IMG/VR virus record: IMGVR_UViG_3300011724_000025
Location: 32,001 to 96,000 of that record
Direction: 5' to 3' (one strand)
From: a virus
Lineage: Duplodnaviria; Caudoviricetes
DNA: 64,000 bases
Shown here: piece by piece, positions 47,102 through 56,169 of the stretch
Layout of the letters: each line of letters starts with the position of its first letter
Numbering within the stretch: the first letter of the stretch is position 1
Translations under genes and position numbers: made by a program
The notes under the pieces: model-generated
What the model was told of the DNA's origin: nothing
The model's input: only the letters and a program-made list of their open reading frames with translations
The model's database searches: none

Positions 47102-47147
47102 CTCCCGTAATATACGGAAATACATATTAAGAAAGAAGGTTTTTACA

Positions 47148-47330
47148 ATCGTAGAAATTACGAAGTCAGAAAGCGTTGAGTTGCATCGATTAGGACATTC
47201 ATTTGGTAGTGAAGGTGACCTACATCACACCTGCAGCCGGTACAAGAAATATTATGTAACAGAATCCAGAAAGGCAATTTCAGATTTAAATAAGATTAGA
47301 AAGTCTAAAATCATTAGGCAGGTAAAATAA
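47148..47330 (+). CDS. 60-aa hypothetical protein with probable ATC start
   Basis: AAGAAGGT SD 7 nt before ATC; open frame (I)VEITKSES...KKYYVTE. Confidence 0.5.
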   Translation: MVEITKSESVELHRLGHSFGSEGDLHHTCSRYKKYYVTESRKAISDLNKIRKSKIIRQVK

Positions 47331-47398
47331 TTCTGAAGAGTATAGTACTCTTCTATTTTTATGTGAAAATTCAAGAATGAAAGGAAGATTTTAAGCGA

Positions 47399-47638
47399 AT
47401 GGGTAAATCTAAGTTAGTTTTTAAAAGAAATATAGTAGATAAGCTATCGGTAAAAGGTATTCTGTCAGAGGACGGAACTACTATTACATATGTTGATGAG
47501 AATGATATGGAGCAGGAAGTCAAGGTGGTAGATCTGCTTAATGCATTCAAAAATCAGCCGATTGAATTTGGAGTGCAGCTTAAATCTGATGAGGATCTGG
47601 AGCTGATTGAGTCTGAAGATGAAGATAATGATGAATAA
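47399..47638 (+). CDS. YonK-like protein
   Basis: SVKGIL...LL..F..Q.I pattern; position upstream of the phosphoesterase as in SPbeta. Confidence 0.55.
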   Translation: MGKSKLVFKRNIVDKLSVKGILSEDGTTITYVDENDMEQEVKVVDLLNAFKNQPIEFGVQLKSDEDLELIESEDEDNDE

Positions 47639-47652
47639 GGTGGTGAATCAAA

Positions 47653-48849
47653 CTGTTTGATACAAGACGAAAAGATACAGAAAATGAATCACAGTACCTA
47701 TGGAGACTGGGACAAGCAAAAGATTCCGGTTTATTGGATATGGATTGGAGCGGAATCGCTGATCTTATGAATAAGGAATTTGGAGATGTAGATAAGCCAT
47801 ATTCAGAGGCAGCTTGGCGTAAACCATATCAGATGGCTAAGAAATTTATGGAATCTGGTGTATTTAGCAACATAAGCGATGAAGATGAATATTTTAAGAA
47901 GTTACGCTTGGAACGACAGGAACTTCAAAAAGAAAAGCAAAAGATTTCAGATGAGCGAGTAGAGCTTAAAAGGTTAATTCGTCAGGAAGCTAGAAAAGAA
48001 TCGTATTCTGATATGGTGAAATATATTATTTGCGAAAATATAGGACCAATCGATGTTTCCGTTAATTATAAATTGTTCAAAAGCCAGACAGACTTACTCT
48101 GCCATCTGACAGATATACATACTGGTATCGAGATAAACAGTTGGAAGAATGTTTTTAACGAAGAAGTGTTAAAGAATAGAATCGAAAAATATACATCTGA
48201 TATTTTAGATATTAGAGACAAGCATGACTCGGAGAATTGTTATTTGGTAATCGGAGAAATCGTTAGTGGAATAATCCACAGTAATCTCCGCTTGCAGAAT
48301 AACATGGATTTAATGGAGCAGTTTAAGTATATATCTGAATTAATCTCTGCAATGCTCAATAGAATGGCAAATCATTTTAATCACATTTATGTATACACAA
48401 CCCCTGGTAATCATAGCCGTATTTCACCAAAGAAGGAAGAATCTTTAGATGGTGAAAATATGGATGTACTCTTACCTTTTTATTTGAAGGCAAGATTGCA
48501 GAACATTAAAAATGTTAGCATCTGTGATAATGTAGTTGATCCTGAGATTGCTATGTTCAATATTCGTGGAAAAAATGTATACAGCTCACACGGACATAAA
48601 GATGCTGTCTCAAATGTCGTGCAAAATTTCACTATGATATTTGGAACAAAACCGGATATTGTACTACTAGGGCATCGTCATACCAATGGATTGACCACGG
48701 TATATGATACCAAAGTAATTGAAAGTGGTTGTGTATCTGGAACAGACAATTATGCAATGTCGATACGTAAGGCAAATAGACCTGAGCAAACTGTTTCAGT
48801 TGTTGGGGAAGATGGATTAATTTGTTTATACGATATTCAGTTAGATTAA
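47653..48849 (+). CDS. Metallophosphoesterase/nuclease (YonJ-like)
   Basis: DIH, GNH, HGH and GHRH motifs; probable CTG start at 47653 after AAGGTGGTG. Confidence 0.8.
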   Translation: MFDTRRKDTENESQYLWRLGQAKDSGLLDMDWSGIADLMNKEFGDVDKPYSEAAWRKPYQMAKKFMESGVFSNISDEDEYFKKLRLERQELQKEKQKISDERVELKRLIRQEARKESYSDMVKYIICENIGPIDVSVNYKLFKSQTDLLCHLTDIHTGIEINSWKNVFNEEVLKNRIEKYTSDILDIRDKHDSENCYLVIGEIVSGIIHSNLRLQNNMDLMEQFKYISELISAMLNRMANHFNHIYVYTTPGNHSRISPKKEESLDGENMDVLLPFYLKARLQNIKNVSICDNVVDPEIAMFNIRGKNVYSSHGHKDAVSNVVQNFTMIFGTKPDIVLLGHRHTNGLTTVYDTKVIESGCVSGTDNYAMSIRKANRPEQTVSVVGEDGLICLYDIQLD

Positions 48850-48961
48850 ATCATAGACAAGAAATCCGGTTACGGGTGAACTGGATATTATCATGAAGGG
48901 TAGGTTGACCTACTCTTCTATTTTATTGGCCAAAAATAAGAAAGAATGAGGAATTACATAT

Positions 48962-49237
48962 ATGAACAAGACAGAATTAGTGGAAGTATTTGCAGAGAGA
49001 ATGGAATTAACTAAGAAAGACGCTGAAAAGGCACTAGCAGTCTTCACAGATATCGTAACTGAAGAATTAGTAAAAGGTGAAAGGGTTGCTATTACAGGAT
49101 TTGGTACTTTTGAAGTAGCTAATAGAGCTGAACGAGAAGGTAGAAATCCTAAAACTGGCGAACCTATGACCATTGCTGCTACTAAGGCTCCTAAATTTAA
49201 AGCCGGTAAGCTCTTGAAGGATGCTGTAAAAGCATAA
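48962..49237 (+). CDS. hup: HU DNA-binding protein
   Basis: MNKTELV...GFGTF..R.GRNPKTG..PKFKAGK.LK. Confidence 0.95.
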   Translation: MNKTELVEVFAERMELTKKDAEKALAVFTDIVTEELVKGERVAITGFGTFEVANRAEREGRNPKTGEPMTIAATKAPKFKAGKLLKDAVKA

Positions 49238-49466
49238 TCTGAGGGGGTGGTGACTGGCATGTATGATATCGTAGCGAAAACCATCAATTTAACAGATGAT
49301 GAGATCTCGATTATTAAAGAAGTTCTTGAAGAACGACAGGATAGGCGCGTATCACTAGGAGAAATGATTACTATTGAAACACTTTTGGAGAAGTTAGATT
49401 AATAAGATAACTTATTGACCAAAACAAATGGTCATAAACAATATAATTTAAAAGGAGGAATTACAT

Positions 49467-49676
49467 ATGATTTACGATTATAAGAATAAGAAAATCACCT
49501 TTGAGTCTCCCGCTGAGGAGATCGATTACAAGAATCACATGGCTGAATATGGCCCCACTACCGGCAAATCGCATCCGGACGATTGTCCATATTGTAAAGC
49601 TAGGGGATGGGAAACATTCCCTGGTACTACATTCGAAGAAGAATGCGAAATGTACGCAGAAGAAAATGAAGAATAA
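49467..49676 (+). CDS. Hypothetical protein with CPYC motif
   Basis: AAAGGAGG RBS. Confidence 0.6.
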   Translation: MIYDYKNKKITFESPAEEIDYKNHMAEYGPTTGKSHPDDCPYCKARGWETFPGTTFEEECEMYAEENEE

Positions 49677-49880
49677 GCAAGGTTGTTTATATGGGATTCT
49701 ATGCGGTCAAATGCATAGGGTCTATTTTTATGCCTATTTCAAGGCGACAGAGAAAATTTGAGGATCGTGAGAATAGTCCTCTCCTTATATGACAGTGAAA
49801 TGTATACGGTGAGATGCGTATATGACAGCGAGGAAGAAATGAAGGTGAAACGCTTCATAAAAACATATAAGGAGGAATTA

Positions 49881-50732
49881 ATGGTAACAAAATTTACAAA
49901 GAAAGAATTATTAAGATTAAGATGCACCGACGAAGAAATATCTCTGGTAATGAAATATCAAAAATTATTACCAATGCCAGATGAGGATTTTGAAATGAAC
50001 GCAAGATCACTTCACGAGTATTTACGTGTCGGTAAAGATATTTCTGCATGGATTATTTCAAGAATCAAAAAATATGATTTTAAGGAAAATACAGATTATA
50101 AAATTTCCTATGAGGCAAGCAACTCCAAATTTGGAGACGCTGATTTTTCAACCTTGTCACAAGCAAAACGTAGTGCGTTAGGGGTTAAAACAGAGTATTA
50201 TCTCACCGTAAATATGTGCAAAGAATTATGCACTATTGAGAACAATGAACTCGGTAGATTAGCAAGAAGATATTTTATTCTTATGGAAGATTTAATCAAA
50301 AGAAATGATGATTGGTGGAGAGTGAGAAACCCACAGCGGCTAAATTATAAACCTATGTGTAAGGCTGTTTCAGAAGCAGTACATAAATCTACTGGAAAAT
50401 ACGGAGATGATTCTGATTTTTCGAGAGAAGCAAATATACTTAACAGAATAGCAACTGGTTGTTCTGCATTAGAAATTAAGCTGTATTTAGGTGTTGGAAT
50501 CAATGAGCTGACTCGTGATAATTTAACTAATGACTATAATGAGAAAATTGCATTCTTGCAGGAACAGAATATATTATTACTCGGAATGGGATTACCAATT
50601 GTCCAGCGTGTCGATATGCTGATTACATTTTTTGATATTAAGTACCCAGATGCAAAACCATTACAACACTATTTTGACAGAGGCTATCTTTTGAAAGCTA
50701 GAGAGAAAATTTTAGAAGAATTGAACCGCTAA
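49881..50732 (+). CDS. AntA/AntB-family antirepressor
   Basis: NARSLHEYL, WI..RIKKYDFKENTDY, YYLTVNMCKEL and ARRYFI motifs. Confidence 0.8.
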   Translation: MVTKFTKKELLRLRCTDEEISLVMKYQKLLPMPDEDFEMNARSLHEYLRVGKDISAWIISRIKKYDFKENTDYKISYEASNSKFGDADFSTLSQAKRSALGVKTEYYLTVNMCKELCTIENNELGRLARRYFILMEDLIKRNDDWWRVRNPQRLNYKPMCKAVSEAVHKSTGKYGDDSDFSREANILNRIATGCSALEIKLYLGVGINELTRDNLTNDYNEKIAFLQEQNILLLGMGLPIVQRVDMLITFFDIKYPDAKPLQHYFDRGYLLKAREKILEELNR

Positions 50733-50753
50733 GGGTGAGCAATCACCCTTTTT
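50731..50753 (+). terminator. Intrinsic terminator
   Basis: AAGGGTGA-GCAA-TCACCCTT followed by TTT. Confidence 0.75.
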
Positions 50754-50780
50754 ATATTGCTATGAAAGGAAGTGATACTT

Positions 50781-51791
50781 ATGGCACGAGGACGGATATA
50801 CAACAATTTCTATACCGATGAACTATGGGCGCAAGTAAATAAAGAAAATAAGAGGGTTTTAGATGATTTTCTGGCGGAATATAAACAAAGAAAGAAATCC
50901 AAAGGAACCATCAATGGTTATTTCAATGATTTGAGAATTATTTTTATATATGTTTTAAAGGAACTGGATAATCGGTCTATCCTGTCTTTAAACAAGAAGG
51001 ATTTTCGTGGCATGAGTATTTATTTCTCAGAAGAATGTAATATGTCGTCTAGTAGAGTGAATCGCTTAAAAAGCGCAATTAATAGTATGCTTACGTTTTG
51101 TGAAGAAGATGATGACTACGATTATGAAGTGAATTTTGCAAAGAAAGTAGCTGGGCTTCCAAGAGAACGAGTTAAAGATGATGAAGACGATTTCTTTTTC
51201 ACTTTTGATGAATTTATAAAAGTCAGAGAAATTTTGATTGAAAGAGGAAAACTCCAACATGCAGTATTATGGTCTATAGGTTTTGATTCTGCCGGTAGAA
51301 AAAACGAATTATACCAGATTGAAAAACATGGGCTTGTAGATACAAATAAAACCAATGTCGTTATCGGGAAAAGAGGAAAGAAATTTACTCTTGTATATTT
51401 AGACGATACAAAAGAATTAATTAAAAGATATCTTGACGAGCGCGGAGACGACGATATAGATTCATTATGGATTAAAGGCTCAGGTGAAAACAAGAGTCCT
51501 ATAACAAAAGATGTTATCTATGACAGGGTTTGTTCAATATCGAAGATACTGTCAGAGGTACGAGGAGAAGAATGTAATATATTTCCTCATACGATGCGCC
51601 ATTCCAGATTAGAATGCCTAGCACAAGGTACGGATACGAGATTACTTGATAAAAATGGAGATCCAATTAAATATCCATTAGAGCAGGTACAAGTATTTGC
51701 ACATCATTCGGATGTAAGCACTACTCAGGGGTACTTAAAGAATCATGATGATGATACAATCAATCAAATGTTTGGGTTTATGGATAATTAA
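50781..51791 (+). CDS. Tyrosine recombinase with N-terminal core-binding domain
   Basis: AGRKNE (R), GKRGK (K), PHTMRH, AHHSD and TQGY motifs. Confidence 0.85.
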   Translation: MARGRIYNNFYTDELWAQVNKENKRVLDDFLAEYKQRKKSKGTINGYFNDLRIIFIYVLKELDNRSILSLNKKDFRGMSIYFSEECNMSSSRVNRLKSAINSMLTFCEEDDDYDYEVNFAKKVAGLPRERVKDDEDDFFFTFDEFIKVREILIERGKLQHAVLWSIGFDSAGRKNELYQIEKHGLVDTNKTNVVIGKRGKKFTLVYLDDTKELIKRYLDERGDDDIDSLWIKGSGENKSPITKDVIYDRVCSISKILSEVRGEECNIFPHTMRHSRLECLAQGTDTRLLDKNGDPIKYPLEQVQVFAHHSDVSTTQGYLKNHDDDTINQMFGFMDN

Positions 51792-51799
51792 ATTCCGCC

Positions 51800-52310
51800 T
51801 TTCATCGTCAAAAAGAACCGAGCCAACAACTCAACTACAGAATCTTGGGTATGAAATCCCAACCATGAAGAATTATGAATTAAGTCCCACACATAAACAG
51901 TGGGTACAATATAAAAGTTTCAACGAAGTCGTATGACCATATGGTATAGCTTCGTATATTGGTTCTGACGTGCATGGGAAGTCAGATTAAATGCGGTCAA
52001 TCGATAGGAGCTTGTGACTACTCCATAAATCCTTATGAGCGCAAAGCAGCCAATAGAACTGGTAAAAAGACGTGAAGCGACAACACGTAGGCTGAACCAT
52101 AAGATCGGCAAATAACACTACTGAAAGGCGAAACGCCGTAGCGAATGACTGCTGTGAGGTCAATGGGGAATAGCACAATTCTGACGAGAATGAATTAGGG
52201 TGCTTGGATGGGCGTTATGACCCAGGAAAACAGGTGATGAGGAGTACCCCTGTAGAATATGGACGTGCGTTTTCACGGAAAATTAATGTTAAGGCGAAAG
52301 GCCGATTTAA
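51800..52310 (+). ncRNA. Candidate large structured ncRNA
   Basis: ~500 nt, GC-richer than flanks, no credible ORF, many nested stems and GNRA-like loops. Confidence 0.55.
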
Positions 52311-52362
52311 ATAATAAGAAGAGCAAACTATTCTCCTATCTCATCGAAAGGAGTAAAATGAT

Positions 52363-53238
52363 ATGAAAATAAATCAGAACACAAACTTCGGCACACACAA
52401 CACTTCAGTGCGCCCAGGTAAAATAGAATACATCGTTATACATTACGTTGGTGCCACCGGAGATGCTAAAGCAAATATAAACTATTACAATCAGCGGGCA
52501 ACAACGAATGCGTCGGCTGATTTTTTTGTGGGCTTCAACGGAGATGTTTGGCAGTATAATCCAGATCCATTGACAAGATATTGTTGGGCAGTCGGTGGTA
52601 ATAAACTATCAACTGGTGGCGGATCACTGTATGGAATTGCTAAGAACGCAAATTGTGTAAACATTGAAATGTGTGTTTGCGTACAAGACAATGGTTCTAA
52701 AGCATCAGAATCTAAGGACTGGTATTTTGAAAACGCTACTGTAAAATCGACTATTGAATTAACCAAATATTTAATGGAGTTATATAATATTCCACTTGAC
52801 CGTGTAATTAGGCATTATGATATAACCGGCAAGATCTGTCCGAATCCTTATGTCTATAATCATACTCAGCACACATGGAATGAGTTTAAATCAGCTCTAA
52901 TTGAGATTCCCACTAAGAAATCAGGTTGGCAGCAAGAAGGCGATAACTGGAAATATTACAATGGAGACATAGGCTTACCCATCTGCAACGATTGGGTACA
53001 GGTAGATGGAAAATGGTACTGGTTTGATGGAGCCGGGAACATGATTAAAAACACCTGGTATCAGCACAAGGGAGCATGGTACTATTTAGGCCCTGATGGA
53101 GCAATGTGTACATCTCAGTTAGTTGAAAATTCAGGCAAGATTTATGCTGTCGATGCTGACGGTAAAATGGTTACGGGAGAAATTGTGTTGACCACTTTAT
53201 CTGATGGAGCATTGCAGTACAAAGGATTGTCTAAGTAA
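52363..53238 (+). CDS. N-acetylmuramoyl-L-alanine amidase (Amidase_2) with cell-wall-binding repeats
   Basis: IVIHY, NIEM and RHYDITGKICP motifs; C-terminal W..DGKWYWF / WYYL repeats. Confidence 0.9.
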   Translation: MKINQNTNFGTHNTSVRPGKIEYIVIHYVGATGDAKANINYYNQRATTNASADFFVGFNGDVWQYNPDPLTRYCWAVGGNKLSTGGGSLYGIAKNANCVNIEMCVCVQDNGSKASESKDWYFENATVKSTIELTKYLMELYNIPLDRVIRHYDITGKICPNPYVYNHTQHTWNEFKSALIEIPTKKSGWQQEGDNWKYYNGDIGLPICNDWVQVDGKWYWFDGAGNMIKNTWYQHKGAWYYLGPDGAMCTSQLVENSGKIYAVDADGKMVTGEIVLTTLSDGALQYKGLSK

Positions 53239-53280
53239 GAAATGAGTATTTTATTAGGAATTAAATAGTTTTTGTTATCA

Positions 53281-53311
53281 GAGAGTCGTCTTTTAAGGCG
53301 GCTCTTTTATA
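53281..53311 (+). terminator. Intrinsic terminator
   Basis: GAGAGTCGTCTT-TT-AAGGCGGCTCTT followed by TTT. Confidence 0.7.
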
Positions 53312-53489
53312 TTGTTATTTTATGTAGGGTAATTGCCCTGAGTTTTGAATTTTGTTTATCATAACTCCTTTCCAGAGTAGTTGTTGCAGCAACTGCTCTA
53401 CATAAGATAATGATTCCGTTATCTGCAAAATAACGTAAAACAAATTTTAGCATCTACTGCTTAGTGTAGAGGAAAAGGAGATAAAATTT

Positions 53490-54362
53490 ATGGTAAAGAA
53501 ATTTACAAAAAGACAGTTATTAGACCAATGTGGGTTTGAAGCTGAAGAGGCTCGGATCATTTTGGATTACCAAAAGAAGTTACCGGTGCTTGTTGAGAAT
53601 GAAGGAATAAATGAGTTCTGCATAAATGCTAAAGATTTATGGATGCAACTTGGTGAACCACAGGGAAAGTTTGCTGATTGGGTAAAAAGAAAATTGGTTT
53701 CCAAGAAAACTAAAGGCGGAGGTCTTATATTTGTTAACGACAAAGATTATTCCACGACTTCTCAAAAATGCGAAATCGCAAATACTAATGGATTTAAGTT
53801 TATAAATGAATATTTGCTTACAGTAGAATGTGCTAAGAACTTATCTATGATGGAAAACACCGATGTAGGTGCCTTGGCAAGAAAATATTTTATTCTCATG
53901 GAGAAGGCGGTTAAAAAGAATGTGGAATGGGAGCTAATCAGGTACCCTCTTCGCGAAGGATATAAGAAGATGCAGGAAGCGTTAAATGTTTATATGAATC
54001 GAATGATTCAAAAAGATGCCGATGATTGGGATTATAAAATTGAAGCAAATGCCCTTAACATTATCGCAACCGGATTTTCAGCACAGGAAATAAGGTTGTT
54101 TGTTGGTTGCAAAGACAATATCACAAGAGACAGTCTTACTGCTACATATAATGAGTATTTGTTGAAATTACAAGAGTGGAACATTCTCTGTCTTGGTATG
54201 AACATGAATAGATATGAAAGATATTCAAAGTTAAAAGAGTTTTTCGATATCGCATTTCCCAACGCGGTACTTTTAAGAGACGATGTGGGAATTGCTAAGA
54301 TAACCGAAAATAAGAATAAATTAATTGAAGAAGCAAGGGTAAAATTACAGGGAGTAGCTTAA
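53490..54362 (+). CDS. AntA/AntB-family antirepressor (paralog of 49881)
   Basis: INAKDLW, FADWVK and ARKYFILME motifs; shared N-terminal KFTK..L...YQK.LP. Confidence 0.8.
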   Translation: MVKKFTKRQLLDQCGFEAEEARIILDYQKKLPVLVENEGINEFCINAKDLWMQLGEPQGKFADWVKRKLVSKKTKGGGLIFVNDKDYSTTSQKCEIANTNGFKFINEYLLTVECAKNLSMMENTDVGALARKYFILMEKAVKKNVEWELIRYPLREGYKKMQEALNVYMNRMIQKDADDWDYKIEANALNIIATGFSAQEIRLFVGCKDNITRDSLTATYNEYLLKLQEWNILCLGMNMNRYERYSKLKEFFDIAFPNAVLLRDDVGIAKITENKNKLIEEARVKLQGVA

Positions 54363-54463
54363 CATCTACTCTTTTAATATGTACATTGTTGAGGGCAACC
54401 ACTACTGCCCTCTTCTATTATAAAAAAACAACAGGTCGCGACTTACCGCTAGGAGAAAATAAT

Positions 54464-55009
54464 ATGGAAAACAAAAATGTATTTGAAGAAACTGTTGCAA
54501 CATTAATCGAAGACGCAAAGAAACTACAAACTAAATTTTCAAAGTGTCAAGAGAATAACGACTTCCGTGGTGCATTAGATACTATGCGTCTTTTAAAAGA
54601 CACCCTCGCTCTTATTAAAGAGTATGATTGGGAATTAAAATATTCCGAATTAGAAACAAATGGACATAAAGAAGTTTCTATTTGGGAACAGAATCATTGT
54701 GGAGAGACTAAAAACCATAAAAAATGGATTGTTAATGAAGATAATAGAATTATGTATATTGATTTTCATGACAAGAACAAGGCGCTGGTATTTATTAAAG
54801 GAGAACGTTATTCCTTAGACTACTATCCACTTGCCAAGAATGGACGTATACCTCTTATTGATTTTATTCGTGGATATGACAACAGTTATACCATCTATGT
54901 AGACAAACGGGGCTTCGGAGTAGCCATTACTGACGTATTAGACACATATGATATTTCATACAAAGAAATTAAATGCAATAATTTTATGCAGAACTATTAT
55001 AACAAATAG
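54464..55009 (+). CDS. Hypothetical protein
   Basis: AGGAG RBS before MENKN. Confidence 0.6.
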   Translation: MENKNVFEETVATLIEDAKKLQTKFSKCQENNDFRGALDTMRLLKDTLALIKEYDWELKYSELETNGHKEVSIWEQNHCGETKNHKKWIVNEDNRIMYIDFHDKNKALVFIKGERYSLDYYPLAKNGRIPLIDFIRGYDNSYTIYVDKRGFGVAITDVLDTYDISYKEIKCNNFMQNYYNK

Positions 55010-55122
55010 AGCCTTGAATCTGCACTTTCATTTGTGAAAACAAGATATAGAAACTATCAACAAGCACTACTGCTCTGGCAGTGAGTGCCTATTTTTAATT
55101 GCAAAGAAAAGGTGGTGGCGAT

Positions 55123-56169
55123 TTGGCGAACCAAACAAAATCCGAGGCGACGATTAATGCTCTTAAATCGCCAGCCAAGATTAATTCTAAGAAAGATATT
55201 TTTATTAATACAAAGAACGATAAAAAAATTTATACCTGTTCATGTTGCGGATCTGAATACGGTGAATTAAATAAAAACTTTAGTCCAACCAACCTACCAC
55301 TTTTTAAAAATACGGGTTATTACCCCGTTTGTAAAAAGTGCATGGATCAATTTTTCACTGAGATGACGGAAATATATTCTGGAAATGAGGAACAAGCAAT
55401 TAAGTACATCTGTCAAATGACGGGAGTATATTTCAATCCATCTCCTCTTGGTGCGAGTAGGAAAATTAGCCAACACCGAAGTAGATTGAGTACATACATA
55501 AGTAAGGTACAAATTAATCCGTGGATTGGAAAAACCTATATTGACACATTAAAAGATGAATTTGAAATTGAAGGCAATAACGTAATAGAAACATTCGAGG
55601 ATGTTAAGGATTCTAAAAATACAAAATTAAAAACAGTAAAATTCTTTGGAACAGGGTTTACCGATGATGATTATCAGTTTTTAGAGGATGAGTATAAAGA
55701 TTGGACGACAAGGCATGAATGCAGTACAAAATCTCAAGAAGAGGTTTTTAAGCAGATCTGTTATGCCCAGTTAGACATTTTAAAAGCGAAACGGGAAAAC
55801 CAACCAACAAAAGATTTAACAAGAACATTTCAGGATTTGTTGGCAACTGCAAATTTGCAACCCAAGCAAACAAGGGACAATACCTTAGCAGAGCAGAACA
55901 CTTTTGGAACTCTTATTAGAAAATGGGAGAACGAAAGACCCATACCTGAGCCAGATGATGAGTGGAAAGATGTTGATGGTATCGCAAAATATATTACGGT
56001 TTATTTTCTGGGTCATTTATGTAAAATGATGGGGATCAAAAATTCTTATTCTCGCATGTACGAAGCAGAAATGGCTAAATACAAAGTAGAAAAACCAGAA
56101 TACGAAGATGACGATGAAGCACTTTTTGATGCTGTGTTTGGCGGTGATTTAGATGATCCAAACCAATAA
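55123..56169 (+). CDS. YonG-like protein, probable terminase small subunit
   Basis: Zn finger CSCC..CKKC; directly upstream of and overlapping TerL; TTG start after AAGGTGG. Confidence 0.6.
   Translation: MANQTKSEATINALKSPAKINSKKDIFINTKNDKKIYTCSCCGSEYGELNKNFSPTNLPLFKNTGYYPVCKKCMDQFFTEMTEIYSGNEEQAIKYICQMTGVYFNPSPLGASRKISQHRSRLSTYISKVQINPWIGKTYIDTLKDEFEIEGNNVIETFEDVKDSKNTKLKTVKFFGTGFTDDDYQFLEDEYKDWTTRHECSTKSQEEVFKQICYAQLDILKAKRENQPTKDLTRTFQDLLATANLQPKQTRDNTLAEQNTFGTLIRKWENERPIPEPDDEWKDVDGIAKYITVYFLGHLCKMMGIKNSYSRMYEAEMAKYKVEKPEYEDDDEALFDAVFGGDLDDPNQ

Noticed and set aside
48910-49287. 125-aa track ORF overlapping HU
   Set aside because: Its sequence is the antisense translation of the HU gene
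51800-52310. tmRNA, RNase P RNA or self-splicing intron
   Set aside because: No tRNA-like ends with CCA, no recognisable RNase P P4 consensus, and no interrupted gene or intron boundary motifs seen by eye
52363-53238. Complete lysis cassette
   Set aside because: No adjacent holin; the amidase stands alone upstream of the packaging genes
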